A stretch of DNA of 25,174 nucleotides from a virus (taxonomy: Duplodnaviria > Caudoviricetes): the IMG/VR virus record IMGVR_UViG_3300031811_000011, positions 1 to 25,174 of that record; one strand, written 5' to 3'. The notes under the pieces were generated by a model. That model was not told the origin of the DNA, did no database searches, and was given only the letters and a program-made list of their open reading frames with translations. Position 1 is the stretch's first letter. Every line of letters begins with the position of its first letter. A program made the position numbers and the translations under genes. This document shows, one piece after another, positions 17,511 to 24,926 of this stretch.

Positions 17511-18398
17511 CTATGGAGCCGCCATTGCCAGACCAGCGGCAAATCCGTACCAAACAGGTGACGCACCACCATTAAAAGTATAAAAGGTAAGAATATCTAT
17601 CCCGGTTGTAGCTGTTGTAGTTAATGTAACTGCCGTTCCACCCGCCCACTTCACTGAAGTAAATGTGCCGGTTCTTGAGCCAGTACCATCCTGAGTCAGG
17701 ATTAACGTAATTGAAGTTCCCGCTTGTAATCCACTACCAGAAGGCATTGTAAATGTGCAATTTCCAGTCATAGTCCATGTTTGAACATTACCGTTAGTTT
17801 CATCAAGCGTCTTAGCCGTAGCAGTATCTCCACCAGCATAAACAGTTTCAGCATAATCCTTAACAACTGGTCTTTGCACAACGTAATCCACATGATTTAT
17901 AATACCAGATGCATCAGCAGTTACTGTCTTAGACACTTCGACTGTACCCAATGTTGTTACATCGTTATAATTTAATTCGGCAGTTGTGCCAGTATACCCA
18001 TCAATTAAATTTAATTCAGTCGCAGTTGCTGTAACTAATGTACCGCCAAGCAACAATCCATTTGTCCCATCATGAGAAGCAACATCAAAGTCAAACGCTC
18101 CATCCTCAATCGTAACATCTCCATTTGCGTCCGCTGTTAATACTTTAGACTGTTCTGATTGACCTAACGTAGTGATATCTAAATAGTTTAATTCAGCATA
18201 AGTTGCTGTAACTCCATCAAGAATATTTAATTCTGCTCCACTAGAAGTAACAGCAGTCGTTCCAGAAAGACCACTAAATTGGTTCTTCAATACAGTCTTT
18301 ATAAGACGGAGATGATCATCTCCCTGTGATATTGGATCAGTAGCAGTAGGATTAGCAGAAACTAACTCACTAATATATGTTCCGGTTTCAAGTCCCAT
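17511..18398 (-). CDS. tail fibre protein
   Basis: 295 aa; N-terminal MGLETGTYI..L...NP..D..SQGDDHLRLIK domain, four T.xAELN-type shaft repeats, C-terminal TLILTQDGTGSRT...VKWAGG...DILTF...WYG domain. Confidence 0.8.
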   Translation of the reverse strand: MGLETGTYISELVSANPTATDPISQGDDHLRLIKTVLKNQFSGLSGTTAVTSSGAELNILDGVTATYAELNYLDITTLGQSEQSKVLTADANGDVTIEDGAFDFDVASHDGTNGLLLGGTLVTATATELNLIDGYTGTTAELNYNDVTTLGTVEVSKTVTADASGIINHVDYVVQRPVVKDYAETVYAGGDTATAKTLDETNGNVQTWTMTGNCTFTMPSGSGLQAGTSITLILTQDGTGSRTGTFTSVKWAGGTAVTLTTTATTGIDILTFYTFNGGASPVWYGFAAGLAMAAP

Positions 18399-18407
18399 AA
18401 TAGTCTC

Positions 18408-18851
18408 CTATGCTAATTCAAATATGCCACTAGCACTTGGAGTGACAGTAAGCGTATTATCTGCTGCTAAAGTAAACTGAGAAGTAGTCAGCTTGGAAAA
18501 ACAAACCAATTTACCGCCTGACTGATAAACAACAGCATACTTAATATTCGCAATTGTTCCGCCAGTGGCGGTCCATGTAATAGCAGTTGAATCAAAACGA
18601 TACTTATCAGTTGCAACAGAAGCCCATGTCCTTGAAGTTACAGACGCGCCGCCAGTTGTATAACCATTACCACTAGCTACCTCATTTGCAAGTGATGATT
18701 GTGTTGATAGCGTCTTTGTATTTACATTAGCACTAGCCGCGCTCGTATGTAATGCTAAATAAAAACCAACACTTGTACCATCTAAATCGAACTGACCATT
18801 GCCTATATATTCCCTAAAGGAATTGTAAAAACTCCAAGCAGTAGCCGCCAT
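18408..18851 (-). CDS. virion structural protein (fibre/decoration-associated)
   Basis: 147 aa; ALHTS, NEV..GNGYTTGG, FD...ITWTA, A.VY, GIF.L pattern of a widespread phage structural family; strong GAGGAGGT RBS. Confidence 0.65.
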   Translation of the reverse strand: MAATAWSFYNSFREYIGNGQFDLDGTSVGFYLALHTSAASANVNTKTLSTQSSLANEVASGNGYTTGGASVTSRTWASVATDKYRFDSTAITWTATGGTIANIKYAVVYQSGGKLVCFSKLTTSQFTLAADNTLTVTPSASGIFELA

Positions 18852-18852
18852 T

Positions 18853-19710
18853 TTATACTACCTCCTCTTTTAATTTTAATGAATCTGGATTTTTAATAAT
18901 GTGTGAAATAAGGCCATCTCCATGTACAGCCAGATCGTAATGTTCGCCTGTTTTAGAAATCATATCAACGAACTCTTTTGCTTGATGGTAATGTGCCGCA
19001 GTACATAGAAATTCCTTTCCAGACACGACAACATCTAAAACTTCTTCACCATCGTTTTCGGGTTGCTCATAAGCATGGTGGCCTTCCATAATACAACTGT
19101 CGAACCCATACATCTCAAACTTAGGAAACCCAAGCATTCTTAACAAATGGACAGCCCTTAATGCAACTGTAGCACCACCCATTATCGGGTAATACTCTTC
19201 CCCGTAAACTTCTTTTAAAAGATCAAAGTTATCATCTCCAGCACAATGCCATATCCATACTTTATTATCCTTAAGATTTTCAAATACAGAAGGATGGCAC
19301 TGAGATGAAATAAAATATTTACAATCCTCAACTAACGGATAAACAAACCTGTTATTGAATTCCCTACTATCTAGCATTATCATGGCTGAAGGGACCAAAC
19401 CACCTGCCATACAATATTTATGAGAGCCATTAATAGTAATTACTGGCATTCCATTTTGACGCTTTTCTAATAGATCAGGAAAAGTTTCCTTTAGTGTAGG
19501 CCCACCTAGAGCCAGCCCCACTGTTTTATCCCATTGTGTTTCGTAAGGTTGAACTTGAGGTAGTCCTAGTTGAATATTTTTTTTTATATTATTTCTTATT
19601 TTTTCTTTGTCTTCATTAACACCACAGACTATTTCTGGAACTGGGTGTCTTTGACCAATAGATATAGAAGGTGGCTCTGAAGCAACTCCCATACGTAAAG
19701 CTTCTATCAT
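18853..19710 (-). CDS. DUF115 / MptE-like (Maf glycosyltransferase-related) protein
   Basis: 285 aa; GGPTL, VITING, P....MLD, GGATV..RA..L...LGF.KF..YGFDSC. Confidence 0.75.
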   Translation of the reverse strand: MIEALRMGVASEPPSISIGQRHPVPEIVCGVNEDKEKIRNNIKKNIQLGLPQVQPYETQWDKTVGLALGGPTLKETFPDLLEKRQNGMPVITINGSHKYCMAGGLVPSAMIMLDSREFNNRFVYPLVEDCKYFISSQCHPSVFENLKDNKVWIWHCAGDDNFDLLKEVYGEEYYPIMGGATVALRAVHLLRMLGFPKFEMYGFDSCIMEGHHAYEQPENDGEEVLDVVVSGKEFLCTAAHYHQAKEFVDMISKTGEHYDLAVHGDGLISHIIKNPDSLKLKEEVV

Positions 19711-20153
19711 TTACTCTTTCTTCCCTTAAACTGGATTGGACCGGGCATTAACCATGAAAAAACCATTGGAACTATTACTATTAATATTAAAGCCCAACCA
19801 CCCATTTCTATCAAAGAACCAAGCAATGACCAAAAATTATCTGGCGCACAACTACTCATAGTCCCCTTTCCTCCCTTTCCAATCGACACTTCCGTTATTA
19901 CATCCACAACTGCACTGGTCACCACAGCGCCCGCTACAGGGGCAAGAATCCCCGTCGAGGCAAGACCCCCTACAAGCGCACCCCCGCCCGCCGACAGACT
20001 CACTATCGTGGCTTTTTTGAGTGTCGTACATCCTACAAGACTGGCGGTTCCGGCGATGACCACCAACCAGTAGCCCAGCCTACTAGAGCCAAGGCCACGA
20101 TGACTCCAACAGCTATCCAAAACTTTTTCTTTCCAGCGCTTAAATCTTTCCAT
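19707..20153 (-). CDS. lipoprotein with glycine zipper and C-terminal TM helix (u-spanin-like topology)
   Basis: Hydrophobic stretch ending in the lipobox L-V-G-C42; C-terminal GGWALILIVIVPMVFSWL followed by KGRKSK. True start may be downstream of 20153. Confidence 0.55.
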   Translation of the reverse strand: MERFKRWKEKVLDSCWSHRGLGSSRLGYWLVVIAGTASLVGCTTLKKATIVSLSAGGGALVGGLASTGILAPVAGAVVTSAVVDVITEVSIGKGGKGTMSSCAPDNFWSLLGSLIEMGGWALILIVIVPMVFSWLMPGPIQFKGRKSK

Positions 20154-20161
20154 TTTTCCAT
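20033..20161 (-). CDS. 42-aa single-pass membrane protein overlapping the lipoprotein gene
   Basis: Hand-translated MEKWKDLSAGKKKFWIAVGVIVALALVGWATGWWSSPEPPVL; TAAGGA RBS; basic N-terminus plus clean TM helix. Confidence 0.7.
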   Translation of the reverse strand: MEKWKDLSAGKKKFWIAVGVIVALALVGWATGWWSSPEPPVL

Positions 20162-20170
20162 TTTATTTCC

Positions 20171-20272
20171 TTACATTTCTAATATATGATTAAACCACAG
20201 GACTATTCCAAATGGTACACTTAGAATCAGAACAATCATACAAGTTGGAAATATAAATTCTTTCCAACTCAT
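20171..20272 (-). CDS. 33-aa membrane peptide
   Basis: Hand-translated MSWKEFIFPTCMIVLILSVPFGIVLWFNHILEM; ATGA overlap with the IscA-like gene. Confidence 0.55.
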   Translation of the reverse strand: MSWKEFIFPTCMIVLILSVPFGIVLWFNHILEM

Positions 20273-20568
20273 ACAGTAAAGCTATTTCCACATCCGCATG
20301 ACTGTGAGCCAGTAGGCGGTGTGAAGTGAAACGATGGTCTAAAGGGATCGCTGTCCCAGTCCATAACTGCATCACCTAGTAATTCCAAAGAGGAAGTATC
20401 AGAGAATATTGTCGAGGACAACATCTGCGCGCCTGATGGTAGGTCGGCGGATGGAGATAATTTTATTTGATAACCAGAACATCCGCCACCTTCTAAGTGT
20501 ATGCCAAGAAAACCTTCTCCCTTCAGAGTCTGGTCTACTTTGTTCTGTGCTGATTCTGTTATTGTCAT
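20269..20568 (-). CDS. iscA: A-type Fe-S cluster carrier (IscA/SufA/ErpA, HesB family)
   Basis: 99 aa; ITESA, GGGCSGY and C-terminal CGCGNSF with all three conserved Cys. Subfamily not resolvable by eye. Confidence 0.9.
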   Translation of the reverse strand: MTITESAQNKVDQTLKGEGFLGIHLEGGGCSGYQIKLSPSADLPSGAQMLSSTIFSDTSSLELLGDAVMDWDSDPFRPSFHFTPPTGSQSCGCGNSFTV

Positions 20569-20892
20569 TCAATGTCCTGCTCCGCCACAACCGCCACACA
20601 TCCCTGTACCACCTTGACCCTTAAATACATCAGAGAATACAAAAGTTGGACTCATGCCGGAGGTGTCGTAGTCTATTGTTGCCCCATCCATAAACTGATA
20701 TGCAATAGGGTCGATAAGAAGATAAGGTGCTATTTCTGTATCTCGCTCTAACTTCTGATCTGCAAAGGTTAGGTTATGCGTCATCCCAGAACACCCAGTT
20801 CCTTGTACGAATGGTCTAACTGCTACCATACTACTTTCTATACACATAGATTCAATTTTATTTCTTGCTGATTCTGTTACCGTTATAGTCAT
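20569..20892 (-). CDS. divergent A-type Fe-S carrier paralog
   Basis: 107 aa; ITVTESA, GTGCSGM, IDP....F.DGATIDY; C-terminus MCGGCGGAGH instead of CGCGxSF. Confidence 0.8.
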   Translation of the reverse strand: MTITVTESARNKIESMCIESSMVAVRPFVQGTGCSGMTHNLTFADQKLERDTEIAPYLLIDPIAYQFMDGATIDYDTSGMSPTFVFSDVFKGQGGTGMCGGCGGAGH

Positions 20893-21056
20893 CTGAAGTA
20901 ATCATCAGTTACATAGGCGTGTGATTTACCACACCAAGTGCAGTAAAGTTCTTTGTTAATTAGAATATGTTCTTCCCCGTGATTTAGGGCAACAGACCAA
21001 AAACGATTACAAAATATACAAGTAAAGTTATGTATCGTTTCTCTTATCCAAGTCAA
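20889..21056 (-). CDS. 55-aa CxxC...CxxC metal-binding (zinc ribbon/rubredoxin-like) protein
   Basis: Hand-translated MTWIRETIHNFTCIFCNRFWSVALNHGEEHILINKELYCTWCGKSHAYVTDDYFR; TTG start with AAGGAG RBS; 4-nt overlaps at both ends. Confidence 0.75.
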   Translation of the reverse strand: MTWIRETIHNFTCIFCNRFWSVALNHGEEHILINKELYCTWCGKSHAYVTDDYFR

Positions 21057-21229
21057 GATAACTCCTTGTTTAGTTTATGTACCTCATCAGACACTTTGGA
21101 TATAAAGATAAATGGAAATATTCCATGTACCAAAGCAGTCAAGGACAAAAGAAACAACTTCAAAGCAAGCACCGTTGCAAAACGTAGATGTCTCGCCCAT
21201 GATAAATTTATATCCTTTAAATGATTCAT
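21053..21229 (-). CDS. DUF6356-like small protein
   Basis: 58 aa from ATG 21229 (ATGA overlap): HL......W..HLRFA...VHGIFPFIF. Confidence 0.7.
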   Translation of the reverse strand: MNHLKDINLSWARHLRFATVLALKLFLLSLTALVHGIFPFIFISKVSDEVHKLNKELS

Positions 21230-21477
21230 AATACCTTTGCCACTACGATGTTCCCTTCGTTGTTCGTTTTTAATTCTACTGTACGTTTCTCGCAAGTGAA
21301 TCGAGTATTCCCGGATGCCGTGTCTTTCCAACCATTTCTTTTCAGAGTACGTTTCATACTTAAACATCCAGACATCCCCAGTTCTGACCATTTACCAGTA
21401 GTTGGATTTTCCCAATGGCCCATATATTCTTTGATGTCATTGTTAATATATAAAAGTAAAACAAACATGACTTCCAT
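21226..21477 (-). CDS. conserved phage hypothetical protein (two Cys)
   Basis: 83 aa; hydrophobic N-terminus, MS.CL..KR...R...F.C motif; 1-nt overlap with the upstream gene. Confidence 0.7.
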   Translation of the reverse strand: MEVMFVLLLYINNDIKEYMGHWENPTTGKWSELGMSGCLSMKRTLKRNGWKDTASGNTRFTCEKRTVELKTNNEGNIVVAKVL

Positions 21478-21917
21478 TAGTGTGATACTCCGTTTCCGAA
21501 TTTAATCTGTGCCATCTTATCCTTTAGTATCTCTACCTTTTGTTCCAATGCTTCTATTCTCTGTCGGTAGAAGTCAAGGGTAAGTGCCTGTTGCCTGTCG
21601 AATGGGGCATTACCGTCTTCAATATTCTTTAACAACTTCTCAAACTCACCACTCAGATGTTCGATGAGCATAAATTGCTCCGCATCGGCTGGCAAACTTC
21701 CGAGCGTTCCTCGGGGCCACTCAAGAGTGAAGGTCGAGTTCTTTGTTACGTCTGCCGTCATAAGAATCTGATTCGTTTCGACCACATTCAGTCGTTCCAA
21801 TATTCCAAAGTATCCCCAAGCACCCAAACAAACACTGCCTATTAAACCTATAAGGTTTCTTATTGGCATTCCTACGGATGTTTTGTCGCTAAAACTTACA
21901 CCCCCATCATCCGCCAC
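21477..21917 (-). CDS. membrane-anchored coiled-coil protein
   Basis: 146 aa; TM segment LIGLIGSVCLGAWGYFGIL, WPRG.LGSLPAD.EQFMLIE motif, heptad tail. Confidence 0.75.
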   Translation of the reverse strand: MADDGGVSFSDKTSVGMPIRNLIGLIGSVCLGAWGYFGILERLNVVETNQILMTADVTKNSTFTLEWPRGTLGSLPADAEQFMLIEHLSGEFEKLLKNIEDGNAPFDRQQALTLDFYRQRIEALEQKVEILKDKMAQIKFGNGVSH

Positions 21918-22119
21918 TGCTTAACCACCTTGTAAACAATGACCCACCTATACCTGATAAACCTACAGTAGCTAAGACGACACCAATGCCTATACCTCTT
22001 GTGCGTTCGAGTTGCTGGTCTAATCTATCTAACCTATCGTTCTGTTCTCTTACCATGACCTCAAGGCTATCAACCTTCTGGATTAGCTTCCCAATCTCAA
22101 GATCGCTAACATTGCTCAT
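21907..22119 (-). CDS. coiled coil plus C-terminal TM protein (XhlA/holin-like architecture)
   Basis: 70 aa; clear heptads followed by GIGIGVVLATVGLSGIGGSLF. Confidence 0.6.
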   Translation of the reverse strand: MSNVSDLEIGKLIQKVDSLEVMVREQNDRLDRLDQQLERTRGIGIGVVLATVGLSGIGGSLFTRWLSSGG

Positions 22120-22502
22120 GTCTTCGGGTCCTCATTCTCCGTACCCAATGGATGATCTGGAGGTCGTATATATACTTGCCTATCCTCCCCGCTAAAGGCA
22201 ATGCAAGTCTGCTCGTCCGTGATCATCAACACGGCAGCCAAACCACTGTCTGGGTTCTCAATAATTGCGACCCGCTTACTCTGATCCTGAGTCGCGCTGA
22301 ACGTCATCGATATATGGACGCCGTAGTCAGAAATTAACGCACCCATAAGAGCGGCGAAATGATGTTTCTCTACTGTCGCTGGTAAACACATCGCTGGGAA
22401 CGGGATCATTTGTTTCACCATCCCTTCCGGCGGCCCAGCTTTAACCTCATAAAGCATAGCGCTAAACATAAACAAAGCAGTTGCAAGAATAACTTTTTTC
22501 AT
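22116..22502 (-). CDS. exported protein with Sec signal peptide
   Basis: 128 aa; MKKVILATALFMFSAMLYEVKA|G; two Cys. Confidence 0.7.
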   Translation of the reverse strand: MKKVILATALFMFSAMLYEVKAGPPEGMVKQMIPFPAMCLPATVEKHHFAALMGALISDYGVHISMTFSATQDQSKRVAIIENPDSGLAAVLMITDEQTCIAFSGEDRQVYIRPPDHPLGTENEDPKT

Positions 22503-23089
22503 GGCGCTGTAAACACCATTCTTATTTCTAAACCTAACGTACTAGTAGCAACCGCATCTACGTCTATCCTAATAACATCGGCAGTAGATACTCCGTTATT
22601 TCCACTAAGTACAGGGGGCGTTGCCGCAGTGCTTGAATCTTTTTCGCTAAGATCAATAGTAATGGGTGTAGACAACATATTATAACCTGTAGTTATATTA
22701 TGTATTTGAACATTTGTAATACTTCCGCCACTTCCTACCGTATAAACATGAGCCTGTGCAGTATATAAATTCTTACCATTAAGTGTAGAAGGTACAACAA
22801 AATGGGTTATCCCATCTCCAGTAAATGGAGCAATTCCATCGGCAACACATTTTATTACTACAGTTCTTTGTGCAAAAGTTGATACATTTTTTGGTAGAAT
22901 TGACCTTGTAGTTCCTGTTGAATTATCATAGAAAGAAAACTTATCAGTAGTTTCATCTATTGTAACATCAGTAGTAAGATTCTGTATGACTTCTTGTTTA
23001 TTACTATCAATACTAGTGAGGTTTGAATCCATCTCACTAAATGTGAGCGGAGAACCTTTTACTTCTCTAAGAGTTAAAGTCGTAGCCAT
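22499..23089 (-). CDS. short fibre/spike protein
   Basis: 196 aa; N-terminal TLREVKGSPLTFSEMDSNL is a recurrent phage fibre N-terminus; beta-rich C-terminal domain (LSTPITID..EK.S..A...D.I.IDVD). Confidence 0.65.
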   Translation of the reverse strand: MATTLTLREVKGSPLTFSEMDSNLTSIDSNKQEVIQNLTTDVTIDETTDKFSFYDNSTGTTRSILPKNVSTFAQRTVVIKCVADGIAPFTGDGITHFVVPSTLNGKNLYTAQAHVYTVGSGGSITNVQIHNITTGYNMLSTPITIDLSEKDSSTAATPPVLSGNNGVSTADVIRIDVDAVATSTLGLEIRMVFTAP

Positions 23090-23091
23090 AA

Positions 23092-23265
23092 TTAATCATC
23101 CACCGTGTAACCAGCAGTCCAGTAATAGTTTTGGACATAAGGCAGAGGTCCATAGGGAAAAGCGCGAGGCTGTGGTTCGTAAAACTTTCGACCATCAATC
23201 ATTCTATAGGCAACACGACGAGGAGCATAATCTCTCCTTCCTATTCTTCGTATTCTTCTAGCCAT
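23092..23265 (-). CDS. 57-aa Arg-rich protein with Tyr/Trp C-terminal motif
   Basis: Hand-translated MARRIRRIGRRDYAPRRVAYRMIDGRKFYEPQPRAFPYGPLPYVQNYYWTAGYTVDD; TAATG overlap with terminase, ends 2 nt before the next ATG. Confidence 0.75.
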   Translation of the reverse strand: MARRIRRIGRRDYAPRRVAYRMIDGRKFYEPQPRAFPYGPLPYVQNYYWTAGYTVDD

Positions 23266-24926
23266 TAATATGCCGCCTCTATTGCAGGTTCTAGAACACG
23301 TCCAGTTCTGGTGCGGGGCGGTATCGGGTCCATATCATATATACGAGATAGCGCATCTAGAAAATCTGGATGTATTGTAGGAAATAAACTGTATTCATTA
23401 TCCTTCATCCACTTAGTAAGGTCATATGTTTTTCTATTTTCATCTATACATATAATCTTTTTAGATATAAGGAAGGCTTGATTCCTATCTTTAAAATCAA
23501 CTTGGTTAGAAGTTAAAAACTTCTCATCCGTTGGATAAGGAAAGTAAAACGAACCATCCTTTAAGTCTGGCTCTAATCTTTGTATCCTATCTTTCTTTGA
23601 TTGGGAGCCACCACCACCAACCCAGTTTAATTCATAGATAGGAAAACTACTTCCATCAGAAGACATCATCGACTTATAATGTTCTATGTCAGATTGTGCA
23701 CCATATCTCTCATAACCTACTTTAACTTCCCTAACACCCGGCGCTCTCTTCCACTTTGTTCTTAATCTTTTTAGATAAGTCCATTTCTCAGAAAGAGTCA
23801 TTCGATGACAACACCCATCTAAAAGAAACTTATTAAAGTTTGAATCAACACCAACAACAGCCATTGCTGTTCTATTAGATTCTTTCTTTTTAGAATGAGC
23901 GGGATCAACCATAATGTATACGTTGATCACATACGGGCGAACCTCATACTCAGTCCACCACTCGTCCTTAAATGAAACATCACTACCAGCTATGGGGTTC
24001 AGTAACTGCTGACAAGCTACCGTATAAGTTGAGGTAGTCTTTTTAATCTCTTCCCAGCGCTTTGGTTGAAGAAACACTGGCTCTCCATCCATCTGACCAT
24101 TGTAAGTAGCTGGATGTACTCTAGGCTTTACCGCCGCCCTTTGAAGTATTGTACCATACGTGTCACCATAAGAATACCTTGTTCCAGCATATTGGTAACG
24201 AGGATCATGAGTTGACCCCAAGTTTAGAGACAACTCCCATTGGGTTGTAGTCTTCTTAATCTGCTCTGGGGTGGATACTGCATCCTGAACCACTACATCA
24301 TCATAAACAATAAGGGAAAAATGTCGTCCAGTAGGCTGACCGTCGACAAGTCCGTGAGCTTCCACTGTTTGCTCTTTAGGATTAGATTGACGCTTGACAC
24401 ATATGCCCTCATTCTCAGCCCACTTAGGTGCTTGCTGTTTGGGCTTCTCGTACAGTATATCTGGAAATAAACTTTGCAACCTCTCATTGCCTTCAAACTC
24501 CTGCATAATCTGACGCAGGAACGGCTTGGCCTGACGAGCCGAATAAGAAAGAATTCCTATCGTAATGTCAGGATTACACAATACTTCCTGTACGCATCCT
24601 AAAAAAGTAATTATGGACGATTTATAATGGAACCGCGCCCAAAGGTCGAGGTGACTATCTTTGGCTCCTTCGACTTCTCTGCATCTATCGTATATCCACG
24701 GATGTAACATATCATGCCGATTACATATAAACACACCAAGGTAATAACGATCACACTGAGCGAGAGTCCGAATAAAAGAATCATCGATATTAGAATCACG
24801 GTGACATTCAGCATAGGCTTCAACCGCTTCCTCATACGAGACAGTTTGGAGATGCTCTGCAAGTCTAATCGCCGCTTTCGCACTATCATTATCTACTAGA
24901 ACGCTTTCCGCGATCATGTCTTGCAT
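23265..24926 (-). CDS. terL: terminase large subunit
   Basis: 553 aa; Walker A variant ARFHYKSS, TGRHF, Walker B LIVYDD, GTRY, nuclease MVDPA, K..RI..LEP, FP..H.D.LDALS. Start could be 24917. Confidence 0.93.
   Translation of the reverse strand: MQDMIAESVLVDNDSAKAAIRLAEHLQTVSYEEAVEAYAECHRDSNIDDSFIRTLAQCDRYYLGVFICNRHDMLHPWIYDRCREVEGAKDSHLDLWARFHYKSSIITFLGCVQEVLCNPDITIGILSYSARQAKPFLRQIMQEFEGNERLQSLFPDILYEKPKQQAPKWAENEGICVKRQSNPKEQTVEAHGLVDGQPTGRHFSLIVYDDVVVQDAVSTPEQIKKTTTQWELSLNLGSTHDPRYQYAGTRYSYGDTYGTILQRAAVKPRVHPATYNGQMDGEPVFLQPKRWEEIKKTTSTYTVACQQLLNPIAGSDVSFKDEWWTEYEVRPYVINVYIMVDPAHSKKKESNRTAMAVVGVDSNFNKFLLDGCCHRMTLSEKWTYLKRLRTKWKRAPGVREVKVGYERYGAQSDIEHYKSMMSSDGSSFPIYELNWVGGGGSQSKKDRIQRLEPDLKDGSFYFPYPTDEKFLTSNQVDFKDRNQAFLISKKIICIDENRKTYDLTKWMKDNEYSLFPTIHPDFLDALSRIYDMDPIPPRTRTGRVLEPAIEAAY

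Noticed and set aside
20190-20599. Track ORFs 20190..20375 and 20399..20599
   Set aside because: Out-of-frame overlaps of the IscA-like gene with no motifs; the gap is better filled by 20171..20272.
21230-21391. Long N-terminus of track ORF 21053..21391
   Set aside because: Overlaps 21226..21477; the ATGA-coupled start at 21229 gives a coherent 58-aa protein.
24293-24889. Minus-strand ORFs nested in terL
   Set aside because: Fully nested with no motif support. 24611..24889 has a hydrophobic stretch and a TAATG junction with the 48-aa ORF, so it is not wholly excluded, but evidence is insufficient.
952-24899. All plus-strand ORFs in the track
   Set aside because: Each lies antisense to a well-supported minus-strand gene and lacks recognisable motifs; shadow frames.
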